64,000 nt of DNA from Campylobacterota bacterium (GTDB lineage Bacteria; Campylobacterota; Campylobacteria; Campylobacterales; Thiovulaceae): NCBI GenBank assembly GCA_030152305.1, contig JASKOM010000001.1:201174-265173 (forward strand), read 5' to 3'. A program made the translations under genes and the position numbers. Of this stretch, positions 1 through 9,055 are shown one piece after another. A model generated the notes under the pieces. That model did not search any database and was not told the origin of the DNA. It saw only the letters and a list, made by a program, of their open reading frames with translations. Each line of letters opens with the position of its first letter. The stretch's first letter is position 1.

Positions 1-1092
1 AAGTGCCTGATCGCTAAATATTAAATTTGCACCATCAAGTTCAAAAAGCTTTTGATATTGCTTAACAAGTGCATTTTTCGGTTGAGTTAATATATGTTTC
101 ATGTCTTCGATCGATATTTGATTAAGAACACCGATAACTGGCAAACGACCAATTAATTCTGGAATTAATCCAAATTTGATGAGGTCATCTGGTTCAACCA
201 TTCCAAGAACTTCGTTTTTCTCAACTTTTGTTTTTTTCGCTTGAGTAAAACCCATGCTATTTCCAGTTAATTTTTTCTCGATAATCGAATCGATACCGTC
301 AAAAGCACCGCCACAAATAAATAAAATATCATTTGTATTAACTTGAATAAATTCTTGATGTGGATGTTTGCGACCACCTTGAGGCGGAACATTTACGATA
401 CTGCCTTCGATAATTTTTAATAAAGCTTGTTGAACACCTTCGCCAGAAACATCTCGAGTAATACTTCGATTTTCACTAAGACGAGCGATTTTATCGATTT
501 CGTCAATAAAAACGATTCCTTTTTCAGCTAATTTAACATCACCGTTTGCTGATTGCAAAAGTCGAACAAGAATATTTTCGACATCTTCGCCAACATAACC
601 AGCTTCAGTTAAACTTGTTGCATCAGTAATTGCAATTGGAACATTAAGAGTTCTTGCGATTGTTTGAGCTAATAAAGTTTTGCCTGAACCAGTTGGACCA
701 AGAAGAAGAACATTTGATTTTTGAAGTTCAATTTCACTATTTTTATCAGATCGTTGCATTAATCTTTTATAATGATTATAAACAGCAACAGATAATATTT
801 TTTTTGCATTTTCTTGACCAACAACATATTGATCAAGAATAGTTTTAATTTCTCGTGGAGTTTGAATTTTCAAACCATCGTAACTATGCTCATGTCCGAC
901 TTTGTTTCGTCTTTTATCTTGAGCATTTTTAAATTCAGGAGTGATATTTCCAACGGCTTCAGTCGAAAATAGATCATAAATTTGATAAGAACAATCTCGA
1001 CATATTTTTCCGTTTTCACCAAGAATAAATGGATTATCTTGTGTTTCTTCTACACCGCAGAAATCACATCTGTCGTCTCTTTTTTTTGCCAT
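1..1092 (-). CDS. clpX: ATP-dependent Clp protease ATP-binding subunit ClpX (3' end of the gene runs off the left edge)
   Basis: Not in the ORF track because no stop lies inside the window. My minus-strand translation from the ATG at 1092-1090 gives [13 protein letters not shown]...CRDC (N-terminal zinc CxxC pairs), Walker [11 protein letters not shown], Walker [10 protein letters not shown] and [10 protein letters not shown]. Confidence 0.9.
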   Translation of the reverse strand, partial: MAKKRDDRCDFCGVEETQDNPFILGENGKICRDCSYQIYDLFSTEAVGNITPEFKNAQDKRRNKVGHEHSYDGLKIQTPREIKTILDQYVVGQENAKKILSVAVYNHYKRLMQRSDKNSEIELQKSNVLLLGPTGSGKTLLAQTIARTLNVPIAITDATSLTEAGYVGEDVENILVRLLQSANGDVKLAEKGIVFIDEIDKIARLSENRSITRDVSGEGVQQALLKIIEGSIVNVPPQGGRKHPHQEFIQVNTNDILFICGGAFDGIDSIIEKKLTGNSMGFTQAKKTKVEKNEVLGMVEPDDLIKFGLIPELIGRLPVIGVLNQISIEDMKHILTQPKNALVKQYQKLFELDGANLIFSDQAL

Positions 1093-1164
1093 TTAAAATT
1101 TCCTTATAAATTAATTATTTCTAAAATTTTGAGATCATAGCAAAAAAGAGAGACTAGTCAAAAG

Positions 1165-1653
1165 TTATTCATTTAATTTTTCGGTTTCAACACCAACTTT
1201 ATTTAAAAAATCTAAACCGTCATCACGATATCGTTCGTTATAAACAACTCGTTTGATACCTGATTGAGCGATAATTTTTGAACATTGTTTGCATGGTGAA
1301 TGAGTTAAATACAAAGTGCAACCTTCAGTCGAGATTCCTCTTTTTGCTGAAAAAGATATTATATTTTGTTCAGCATGTAAAACAAAATCAGAAGTAATTA
1401 AACTTTCTGTTATTTCATGTGAATTACAAATTTGACAAATATGAGTTTCAACAATACTTTTATGATTACAATTTTTACAAATCCAAAAATGATCTTCGCA
1501 TCTATTTTCGGCTCCGCTAATAGTGCCGTTATAACCCGTAACTAAAATGCGACCATCTTGAGATAAAACAGCACCAACTTTTAATCTTTTGCAATAAGAT
1601 TCTTCAGCCCAAATCTTAGCCGTAGCCATCATGACACGATCATATTTTTTCAT
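1165..1653 (-). CDS. deoxycytidylate (dCMP)/cytidine deaminase family protein
   Basis: 162 aa. Has the zinc-deaminase motifs HAEQN and PCKQC, plus GYNG upstream and an extra CxxC...CxxC segment. Confidence 0.8.
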   Translation of the reverse strand: MKKYDRVMMATAKIWAEESYCKRLKVGAVLSQDGRILVTGYNGTISGAENRCEDHFWICKNCNHKSIVETHICQICNSHEITESLITSDFVLHAEQNIISFSAKRGISTEGCTLYLTHSPCKQCSKIIAQSGIKRVVYNERYRDDGLDFLNKVGVETEKLNE

Positions 1654-1666
1654 ATTAAAACTTTTT

Positions 1667-2944
1667 TTAAAAATAATTAGTTAGCGATAATAAAACGATT
1701 AATAAAACTGGCGGAGTAATTATTAACCCAAATTTCGAATATTCCCAGAAAGTGATTTTTACACCTTTTCGTTCAAGAACATGAAGCCATAACAAAGTTG
1801 CAAGAGATCCAAACGGTGTCATTTTTGGACCTAAATTACAACCGATAATATTTGCATAAGCTAAATTTAAATAATCTGTATTAGTTAATACTATATCGCC
1901 TAAAGCTATATCCATAATCATAACTGTTGGCAAATTATTCATAATTGCACTTAAAAATGCTGATAAAAATCCTGTGCCAATGATTGCCAAATTATTATCA
2001 ATTTCGATTAATTTAATGATAATATTTTTTATTTCTTCAGTTAAACCTGCATTTTTTAAACCATAAACAACAATATATAAACCGATACTAAACCAGACAA
2101 TTTGCCACGGAGCTGTTTTTATCGTGAGCATAAATTTTGCAACTTTCAAATAAGAAGCAATGCCTAAAAAAATAATTCCACCTGATAAAGCAAATAACGA
2201 AATCGGTAAATTAAATTCATCGCCAATAAAATATAAAATTAATAAAATAGCTAAAAATATCCAACTCCAATAAAATAACTTTTTATTTTTTAGAACCTCA
2301 TCGGGATTTTTTAATAAATTAATATCGATGAGGTCTGGAATATCTCGCCATAAAATTAATAATAAAAATATTAACGAAGCAATGACACTTACAAAAAACG
2401 GAAAAGTCATATCAATTAAATATTCTAAAAAGCCAATATCAAAATATTCAGCCGTAATAATATTAGTTAAATTCGAAAAAACAAATGGCAACGAAGCCGA
2501 ATCGCTTATAAAACCACCAGCCAATAAAAAAGCAACAATCGTTTTGAAATTTAAATTTAATATTCGCATTTTTGAAAGCAAAATTGGAGTTAAAATTAAA
2601 ACTGCTCCATCATTTGCAAAAAGTGCTGAAACGATTGAACCTAAAATTATCGTATAAACGAACATTAATTTACCGTTGCCTTTTGATAATTTTGCCATTT
2701 TAATAGCTAACCATTCAAAAAAGCCAATTTCATCAAAAACCATTGATAAAATTATTATTCCAATTAATGTTAAAGTTGAATCCCAAACGATATTTGTTAC
2801 ATCGATCATGTCATTAAACGAAACAGTTCCGACTAAAAACGAGATAACAGCTCCAATAATTGCTGAAGTCCCAATTTGAATATTATACGGTCTCCAAATA
2901 ATCGCTACAAGAGTAACGACAAAAATAGAAAAAGGCAATAACAT
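1667..2944 (-). CDS. arsB: arsenical pump membrane protein ArsB (ArsB/NhaD permease family)
   Basis: 425-aa polytopic membrane protein. Long collinear matches to E. coli ArsB as I remember it: FANDGAVLILTPI, APWQIVWFSIGLYIVVYGLKNAGLTE, GTGFLSAFLSAIMNNLPTV, IGCNLGPKMTPFGSLATLLWLHVL. Confidence 0.85.
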   Translation of the reverse strand: MLLPFSIFVVTLVAIIWRPYNIQIGTSAIIGAVISFLVGTVSFNDMIDVTNIVWDSTLTLIGIIILSMVFDEIGFFEWLAIKMAKLSKGNGKLMFVYTIILGSIVSALFANDGAVLILTPILLSKMRILNLNFKTIVAFLLAGGFISDSASLPFVFSNLTNIITAEYFDIGFLEYLIDMTFPFFVSVIASLIFLLLILWRDIPDLIDINLLKNPDEVLKNKKLFYWSWIFLAILLILYFIGDEFNLPISLFALSGGIIFLGIASYLKVAKFMLTIKTAPWQIVWFSIGLYIVVYGLKNAGLTEEIKNIIIKLIEIDNNLAIIGTGFLSAFLSAIMNNLPTVMIMDIALGDIVLTNTDYLNLAYANIIGCNLGPKMTPFGSLATLLWLHVLERKGVKITFWEYSKFGLIITPPVLLIVLLSLTNYF

Positions 2945-2962
2945 ATTAATAAATAAAATTAA

Positions 2963-4063
2963 TTAAACATTAAATCTAAAGTGCATAATATCGCCGTCAT
3001 TAACGATATAATCTTTTCCTTCGAGTCGCATTGCTCCAGCTTCTTTCGATTTTGCTTCACCACTATATTTTATAAAATCGTTATATGCGATAACTTCAGC
3101 TCGAATAAAACCTTTTTCGAAATCATTATGAATCACCGAAGCCGATTTTGGAGCTTTCCAACCTTTTTCGATTGTCCAAGCTCGAACTTCTTTAACTCCA
3201 GCCGTAAAATAAGTAATCAAACCTAATTTCTGAAAACCTTTTCGAATAATAATATTTAAACTGCTTTCTTCAACTCCAAGCGATTCTAAAAATTCAGCAC
3301 TTTCTTCTTCACTTAAACTGATTAATTCTTCTTCGACTTTTGCACATAATTTAACAACTTCAGAACCATTTTTATTTGCATAATTTTTTACGGCTTTGAC
3401 ATAATCGTTATCTTCGGCGAGAGTTTCTTCGCTAACATTTGCACCAAAAATTACATCTTTACCAGATAAAAAATTAAGAGCTTTATTTAACGATAAATAT
3501 TCTTGACTATCTTTTTTTGAAAAAGTTCTTGCAGGTGAGCCATTATTAAAATGAGCTAATAATTCTTGAGCAGTTTCTAATTCAGCTTTTGCATCTTTGT
3601 CAAATTTTGCATTTTTAATTAATCGTTCGATTCGTTTTTCTAACGATTGAATATCAGAATATAATAATTCTAGTTCGATAATTTCGATATCTCGAATTGG
3701 ATCAACACTATTTTCAACATGAACAACATTTTCATCGTCGAAACATCTAACAATATGCAAAATGGCGGTTGTTTCGCGAATATTTGCAAGAAACTGATTT
3801 CCTAAACCTTCACCTTTTGAAGCACCGCGAACAAGACCAGCGATATCGACAAATTCAACAGTTGCATATTGAACTCGTTCAGGTTTAACGATTTTTGATA
3901 ACTCTTTTAATCGATTATCAGGAAGTGGAACAATTGCTTTGTTTGGTTCAATTGTGCAAAAAGGATAATTCGCTGCTTCGGCATTTTGAGCCTTTGTGAG
4001 AGCATTAAAAGTTGTGCTTTTGCCAACATTTGGCAAACCTACGATTCCGATACTAAAAGCCAT
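2963..4063 (-). CDS. ychF: redox-regulated ATPase YchF
   Basis: 366 aa. N-terminal G1 motif GIVGLPNVGKST, the coiled-coil insert, and the C-terminal TGS-like end (DGDIMHFRFNV). Confidence 0.93.
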   Translation of the reverse strand: MAFSIGIVGLPNVGKSTTFNALTKAQNAEAANYPFCTIEPNKAIVPLPDNRLKELSKIVKPERVQYATVEFVDIAGLVRGASKGEGLGNQFLANIRETTAILHIVRCFDDENVVHVENSVDPIRDIEIIELELLYSDIQSLEKRIERLIKNAKFDKDAKAELETAQELLAHFNNGSPARTFSKKDSQEYLSLNKALNFLSGKDVIFGANVSEETLAEDNDYVKAVKNYANKNGSEVVKLCAKVEEELISLSEEESAEFLESLGVEESSLNIIIRKGFQKLGLITYFTAGVKEVRAWTIEKGWKAPKSASVIHNDFEKGFIRAEVIAYNDFIKYSGEAKSKEAGAMRLEGKDYIVNDGDIMHFRFNV

Positions 4064-4214
4064 GATAAATCCTACATATTTTTATTTTATGAATTAAGCG
4101 AATTTTATCAAGATAAATCACAACGATAACGAGACAGTTTGATTATTAATAAAAGTTTTTTTATGCAACCTCATCATACTCTCGGAAACGGTCAGCAACC
4201 ATTCCCTGCAAATT

Positions 4215-4946
4215 TTACATGATCGTTTTTATCTTCCACTTGATTTGATTATATTTACCAACGATCGCAATTCCAAAATCACGACCAGATGAGGTCATCT
4301 TCCAAATGCCATTTTCTCGAACTTGAAAACCTTTGTTTGCCAACATCAAATTAATCTCGACCGCTGATTTATTTATCATTTTGCCTAATTCAGTTGGTAA
4401 AAAGAATTGTGAATCGAGATCGATCTTGAAAGTTTTGAGAGGTGAAGTTCCAAATTGTTGGAGCATGATTTTGTCAAAACGAAATAGAGTTGTCTGTTTT
4501 CGTGTTTCTAAATTTTCAATAAAACCTAACAGCTTGTTTGAATAAATTTCATAATCGTTAAGTTCATTTGTCAGTTTTAGAAAGTCATGATTTTGTGAAG
4601 TTTGTTGTTTTTTAAACTGTTTTTCAACATTAATAAAATATTTTCTCACAGCTCGACCAATTGGATTATTTTCAATCATTGCTAATTCTTTCGCAACATC
4701 AATCGTTACAAGACAATCTCGATATTCAGCATAACCATTTTGTCCATTTTCTCGATGAGTTACTAAACTTTTAGTATGCCAAATAAAGTCTTCGTTTTCA
4801 ATAAACTCAAATTTATTAATTCGATTATTTATCCAGTCGTTAAAACGACTTTTTATATTTAAATGTTCGTGTAATTTTCTAGCTGAAACAAAATTGATTT
4901 TTTCGTTAGAAATCTGATATTCTATAATTTCGAAATTCAAAGGCAA
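4215..4946 (-). CDS. phage-type antirepressor (AntA/Bro-like N-terminal domain plus KilAC-like C-terminal domain)
   Basis: 243 aa. The N-terminus (VSARKLHEHLNIKSRFNDWINNRI...ENEDF) has the AntA/BRO pattern. The C-terminal roughly 60 aa are duplicated at 5388-5572. Confidence 0.65.
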   Translation of the reverse strand: MPLNFEIIEYQISNEKINFVSARKLHEHLNIKSRFNDWINNRINKFEFIENEDFIWHTKSLVTHRENGQNGYAEYRDCLVTIDVAKELAMIENNPIGRAVRKYFINVEKQFKKQQTSQNHDFLKLTNELNDYEIYSNKLLGFIENLETRKQTTLFRFDKIMLQQFGTSPLKTFKIDLDSQFFLPTELGKMINKSAVEINLMLANKGFQVRENGIWKMTSSGRDFGIAIVGKYNQIKWKIKTIM

Positions 4947-5063
4947 ATCCTTTTAAAAAATTGAGTGGTTTCTGTATTTTAAAACTTTTTGTCTTTGAGT
5001 TTGCTTAATGTGTTTTATATTATAAAATAATAATGTTTTATTTATTAAAACAAAGGAGGAAAA

Positions 5064-5288
5064 TTGACATATCAAGATTACGAAATAAAAATAAAAAAAC
5101 TTAATTTATCATCTGGAAAATTAACTAAAATTATGGGAATGGCAAGAACAACACCATCAGCTGTTTGGAAAAAAAAGGGAGATATTCCTATTCCTATTGA
5201 GAGATTTTTAGAAGTTTTGGAAAAATTAACAGAAGATGAAAGAATATTATTTGTTCATCATAAATTAGAAAATTATAAAAATATTTAA
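5064..5288 (+). CDS. small Cro/CI-like helix-turn-helix protein (hypothetical)
   Basis: 74-aa ORF with a TTG start preceded by aaaggagg. The pattern LTKIMGMARTTPSAVWKKKGDIPIPIERFL resembles small phage HTH regulators and the minus-strand ORF at 5589-5848. Confidence 0.4.
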   Translation: MTYQDYEIKIKKLNLSSGKLTKIMGMARTTPSAVWKKKGDIPIPIERFLEVLEKLTEDERILFVHHKLENYKNI

Positions 5289-5326
5289 ATATTAAATTTG
5301 GATTACTATAAGTTTAGTAACCCATT

Positions 5327-5347
5327 ATTCCGTGCATTGACACGGGA
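5327..5347. terminator. TTCCGTG...CACGGGA hairpin (member of a recurring stem family)
   Basis: attccgtg-cattga-cacggga lies 39 nt downstream of the stop at 5288. The same stem sequence occurs at 8971, 34358 and 48053. Confidence 0.4.
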
Positions 5348-5387
5348 TCTTTTCTCGGAAACGGTCGGCGACCATTCTCTACAAATT

Positions 5388-5572
5388 TTACATGATCGTT
5401 TTTATCTTCCACTTAATCTGGTGATATTTACCAACGATCGCAATTCCAAATTCGCGACCCGATGAGGTCATTTTCCAAATGCCATTTTCTCGAATTTGAT
5501 AACCACGATTTGCCAACATCAAATTAATCTCGACTGGCGATTTATTGATCATTCCTCCAAGTTCGGTAAGTT
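5388..5572 (-). pseudogene. orphan 3' fragment of an antirepressor gene (KilAC-like tail)
   Basis: My translation is LTELGGMINKSPVEINLMLANRGYQIRENGIWKMTSSGREFGIAIVGKYHQIKWKIKTIM*. It is collinear with the last roughly 62 codons of 4215-4946 and has no N-terminal part. The 34 nt after the stop are also duplicated. Confidence 0.7.
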
Positions 5573-5588
5573 ATAAAAAGCAATATTA

Positions 5589-5848
5589 TTAACTTGAAAG
5601 CATTGTTACACGATTTGTAAATTCTTTAAATAATGAAATTGTTGATTTTTGTGTTTCATATTCACTTAAAATTTTCAAATATTGAGATCCACAAGTTGGT
5701 ATTTTTTGACCTGCCCCCAGTTTCTCAATGTTTGTTCAGCTATGCCCGTTTTAATAGCAAGTTCTTTATATGTAATTTTTAATAATTCACATGTTTTTTT
5801 AACAAGATTTTCTTCTTTGTCTTTTTCGGTTTTTTCGACTTCGCTCAA
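5589..5848 (-). CDS. small HTH protein, possibly frameshifted at a G5/C5 run
   Basis: My minus-strand translation from the TTG at 5848 gives MSEVEKTEKDKEENLVKKTCELLKITYKELAIKTGIAEQTLRNWG. The frame then stops after 56 aa, but a shift at ctgcccccag (5711-5720) continues as GAGQKIPTCGSQYLKILSEYETQKS...MLSS* ending at 5589. Confidence 0.35.
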
Positions 5849-5975
5849 GTTCAGTCCTTTTTTTAATTAATTTTTATTTCTCGTAATTTTAATATTTTTG
5901 CAATTTTTATATAAAAATCGTTTCTTGACTCTTTGATAAGATTCTTAAAAATTTGAAAGAAAATAAAATAATAAA

Positions 5976-8966
5976 ATGACTTCCGAAGAAATTAATAGAA
6001 AATTAGCTGATCCGAAACGGCTTTTGACTGATATATATTTTGAATTACAAGAAGCCTTTGAAAATAAATATGGCGAAAATGTTCTTATTTTTCTTGAATT
6101 GGGTAGCTTTTTTGAAATTTATTCGGTTGATAATGAACAGCTCAAAATTGGCAAAGCCCGTGAAGTTGCTGAAATGTTAAATATTCAGCTAACACGAAAA
6201 AATAAAAGTATCGCCGAAAATTCGATAAAAAATCCATTTATGGCTGGTGTTCCAACTGTTTCGTTTGAACGACATTTAAATAGAATTATTTCAGAAGCAA
6301 AATATACGATTGTTCTTATTCGTCAGCGAGGCGAACCGCCTCAAGTTGTTAGATATTTGCATCAAATTATTTCACCCGGAACAAATTTTGATTATTTGTC
6401 TGATAGTAACGAAAATTTTATTGTTGCTCTTTCGATTGATGCACATAAAAATAGCTATTCGATCGGTTATTCGGCTATTGATGTTTCAACTGGTGTTTCG
6501 TTAGTTTCTGAAATTCATAGCAGTATCGAAGATCAAAATTATGCTCTCGATGAGGTTTTTAATTTGTTGCATATTTATAAAAGTTCAGAAATCGTGTTGA
6601 ATTTTTTATCGAAATTTATAAATCAGCAAAAAATTATCGAATATCTCGAAGTGAAAAAAAATTATCATTATTCTGTTCATTCTGGACGAATAAAAATAGA
6701 TTTTCAAAATGAACTTTTTAAACGAGTTTTTAATACAAGTTCGTTTTTATCGCCAATCGAAGAGTTAAATCTTGAACATTTGCCACTTGCTTCTGAATCG
6801 TTGGCAATTTTGATCGAATTTATTTTTCAGCATGATTATAAAATCGTTGAAAGACTTGATCGTCCGCAAATTCTCGAAAATCGTAATCGATTATATTTAG
6901 GCAATAATGCAATTGAACAGTTAGATATTATAAAAAATATAAATGACAACGGTTTATTATCGTTGATTGATAAAAGTTCAACGGCAATGGGCAAAAGATT
7001 ATTAAAAGCTAGACTTTTAAATCCTGTTTCTGATTCGAAAGAGATTCGAGATCGTTTCGCTTTGAATGATCGAGTTTATCCGTTTTTGTCAGAAATCGAA
7101 TCGAATTTAAAAAAAATATATGATCTTGAGCGAATTTCTCGACGAATAAAATTAAAAAAATTACATCCGTTTGAAATAAATTATTTACATATTTCACTTT
7201 TGGCAGTTGTCGAAATTTCAAAACTTGTCAAAAAGAACCTCATCGAAGATTTTCATTTTTCAGAAAGTGAAATTCGTGGCATGATCGATTTAATCGAAAA
7301 TTATTTCGAACTTTCGATAACTCAAAAATATAATATTGACAAAATCGAAGAGAATCTTTTTTTGCATGGTGTCAGTCGCGAAGTTGATCGAATTGAAAAT
7401 GATATTTCAGGTTATATAAAAACTTTGAATTTAATCGTCGAGAAAATAGCAAGTTTATTAAAAACTAAAACGAATAAAAGCGACGGCGAAATGGTCAATT
7501 TGGGTTCTCTCGAAAAAGAAGGCTATTATATTTCGCTAACGGCAAATCGTTTTAATTTAATCGAACGAGATTTTCTCGAAGAAAAAATAATAATAGGCAG
7601 TCGAGAATATTTTTTTAGAGATTTTAAAATAAGAAAATTATCGAACAATGTAAAAATCACAGCTGAAATTATCGATAAATTTTCTGAACAGATTTCAGCT
7701 TCTCAAACTAAATTAGCTTCGTTAATATATGACGAATTTTTAATTCAGTTACATGAAATAGATCAAAAATATTCGATAATTCTAGAAAAAATCGCATATT
7801 TTATTGCCAAAATTGATATTGCAGTTTCAAATGGCAAAGTAAAAAATAGTTTAAAATATTCTCAACCTGAAATTATCGATGTTGATTCTGGTGATAATTT
7901 TTTACAAATTGCAAAATTAAGACATCCGTTAATTGAACGACGAGAATCAGCGGGAATTTTTGTTCCGAATGATATTTTTTTAGGCAAGAAAAAATATTTA
8001 ACAGATCTTGATAATTTTGATAAAAATGTTATCGATGCTACTGAAGATGAACAAATAAATGGCATTTTATTATATGGCATAAATTCGAGTGGCAAATCGT
8101 CATTAATGAAAAGTATCGGAATTGCGGTTATTCTTGCTCAAGGCGGTTTTCCAGTTCCAGCTGAAAGCATGAAATTTTCGTTATTCAAATCGCTTTTTAC
8201 TCGAATTGTTTCTCGAGATAATTTGCAAAAAGGACTTTCAAGTTTTGCCGTCGAAATGGTCGAATTAAAAAATATTTTTAATCGAGCAGGTGAAAAAACT
8301 ATCGTTTTAGGTGATGAGATTTCTCACGGAACTGAAACACTTTCGGGAGTTGCAATCGTTTCAAGTGCAATTATGCGACTTGTCGAAAATAAAACACTTT
8401 TTGTTTTTGCTACACATTTGCATCAATTAACGAAAATCGATGAGGTGCAAAATTTAACGACAGTTGTCAATTTGCATTTAGCCGTAAAATATGATGAAAG
8501 TAGTGATAAATTAATATTTAATCGAAAATTGCAAATTGGAAGCGGAAGTAGTATTTACGGGCTTGAATTCGCTCGTTCGTTGCATATGGATGAAAAGTTT
8601 TTAAAAAATGCGAATTCGATTCGAAAAAAATTAGCCGACGAATATAGCGACATCGAAATGTTAATGCAAAAAAAACAGAGCAAATATAACAGCAATTTAT
8701 ATTTAACGAAATGTATTATTTGTGGCGAAAAAGTAGATGATGTTCATCATATTGCAGAAAAAAAATTATCTCGAAACGGTTTTATTGGTCATTTTTCTAA
8801 AAATCACAAACATAATCTTATTCCACTTTGCAAAAATCATCATATGGCAATTCACGATAAAAAAATTGATGTCAAAGGTTTTATGATGACATCATCAGGT
8901 TTAGAATTGCATTATGAAGATGAGTCTGAACCTGAAACAGAAGAAAAGATAGAAAATAGAAACTAA
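5976..8966 (+). CDS. MutS-family ATPase with C-terminal HNH nuclease (MutS7-like)
   Basis: 996 aa. N-terminal MutS domain-I-like region (FMAGVPTVSFERHLNRII), core/clamp region, Walker A GINSSGKSS, Walker B LGDEISHGTE, and a C-terminal HNH (CIICGEKVDDVHHI...NLIPLCKNHHMAIH). Confidence 0.85.
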   Translation: MTSEEINRKLADPKRLLTDIYFELQEAFENKYGENVLIFLELGSFFEIYSVDNEQLKIGKAREVAEMLNIQLTRKNKSIAENSIKNPFMAGVPTVSFERHLNRIISEAKYTIVLIRQRGEPPQVVRYLHQIISPGTNFDYLSDSNENFIVALSIDAHKNSYSIGYSAIDVSTGVSLVSEIHSSIEDQNYALDEVFNLLHIYKSSEIVLNFLSKFINQQKIIEYLEVKKNYHYSVHSGRIKIDFQNELFKRVFNTSSFLSPIEELNLEHLPLASESLAILIEFIFQHDYKIVERLDRPQILENRNRLYLGNNAIEQLDIIKNINDNGLLSLIDKSSTAMGKRLLKARLLNPVSDSKEIRDRFALNDRVYPFLSEIESNLKKIYDLERISRRIKLKKLHPFEINYLHISLLAVVEISKLVKKNLIEDFHFSESEIRGMIDLIENYFELSITQKYNIDKIEENLFLHGVSREVDRIENDISGYIKTLNLIVEKIASLLKTKTNKSDGEMVNLGSLEKEGYYISLTANRFNLIERDFLEEKIIIGSREYFFRDFKIRKLSNNVKITAEIIDKFSEQISASQTKLASLIYDEFLIQLHEIDQKYSIILEKIAYFIAKIDIAVSNGKVKNSLKYSQPEIIDVDSGDNFLQIAKLRHPLIERRESAGIFVPNDIFLGKKKYLTDLDNFDKNVIDATEDEQINGILLYGINSSGKSSLMKSIGIAVILAQGGFPVPAESMKFSLFKSLFTRIVSRDNLQKGLSSFAVEMVELKNIFNRAGEKTIVLGDEISHGTETLSGVAIVSSAIMRLVENKTLFVFATHLHQLTKIDEVQNLTTVVNLHLAVKYDESSDKLIFNRKLQIGSGSSIYGLEFARSLHMDEKFLKNANSIRKKLADEYSDIEMLMQKKQSKYNSNLYLTKCIICGEKVDDVHHIAEKKLSRNGFIGHFSKNHKHNLIPLCKNHHMAIHDKKIDVKGFMMTSSGLELHYEDESEPETEEKIENRN

Positions 8967-8970
8967 TTCT

Positions 8971-8997
8971 ATTCCGTGTTCTAATTTAGCACGGAAT
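8971..8997. terminator. perfect 8-bp hairpin ATTCCGTG-N11-CACGGAAT after the mutS-like gene
   Basis: attccgtg ttctaatttag cacggaat starts 5 nt after the stop at 8966. Confidence 0.55.
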
Positions 8998-9055
8998 CAA
9001 AAAATATTAAAATATAAATACTAAAATTACGATAAATTAAAAGGTTCTTAAAAAA

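Noticed and set aside
1165-1653. Extra CxxC...CxxC segment (CKNCNHKSIVETHICQIC) in the dCMP deaminase, considered as an unusual inserted zinc ribbon.
   Set aside because: dCMP deaminases of several lineages carry a second structural zinc site or variable insert between GYNG and HAE. There is not enough evidence that this one is novel.
2328-3226. Track ORFs 2328-2657, 2676-2879 (+) and 2981-3226 (+), antisense to arsB and ychF.
   Set aside because: They lie entirely inside strongly supported genes on the other strand, have low-complexity AT-codon composition and carry no motifs. The same reasoning applies to 654-842, 4333-4545, 6310-6504, 7009-7221, 7862-8095, 10338-10577, 11514-11759, 12632-13130, 20489-20713, 22961-24070, 26960-27388, 27693-27905, 33092-33736, 38065-39487, 41731-44758, 49233-49752 (+ strand ones), 50253-52232, 56063-56575, 57779-58921, 59907-60812, 62873-63254 and 63618-63806.
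4064-4214. Looked for a tRNA gene or att-type repeat at the island borders (4064-4214 and 14579-14664), and for tRNAs or rRNAs in all spacers over 100 bp.
   Set aside because: No cloverleaf-compatible sequence or conserved T-loop (GTTCGAATC-like) was seen. The 14611-14645 element is just an imperfect 13-bp palindrome (gatcccgaaacaag...cttgtttcttgat) between convergent genes and is probably a terminator. A related arm at 30711-30727 also lies between convergent genes.
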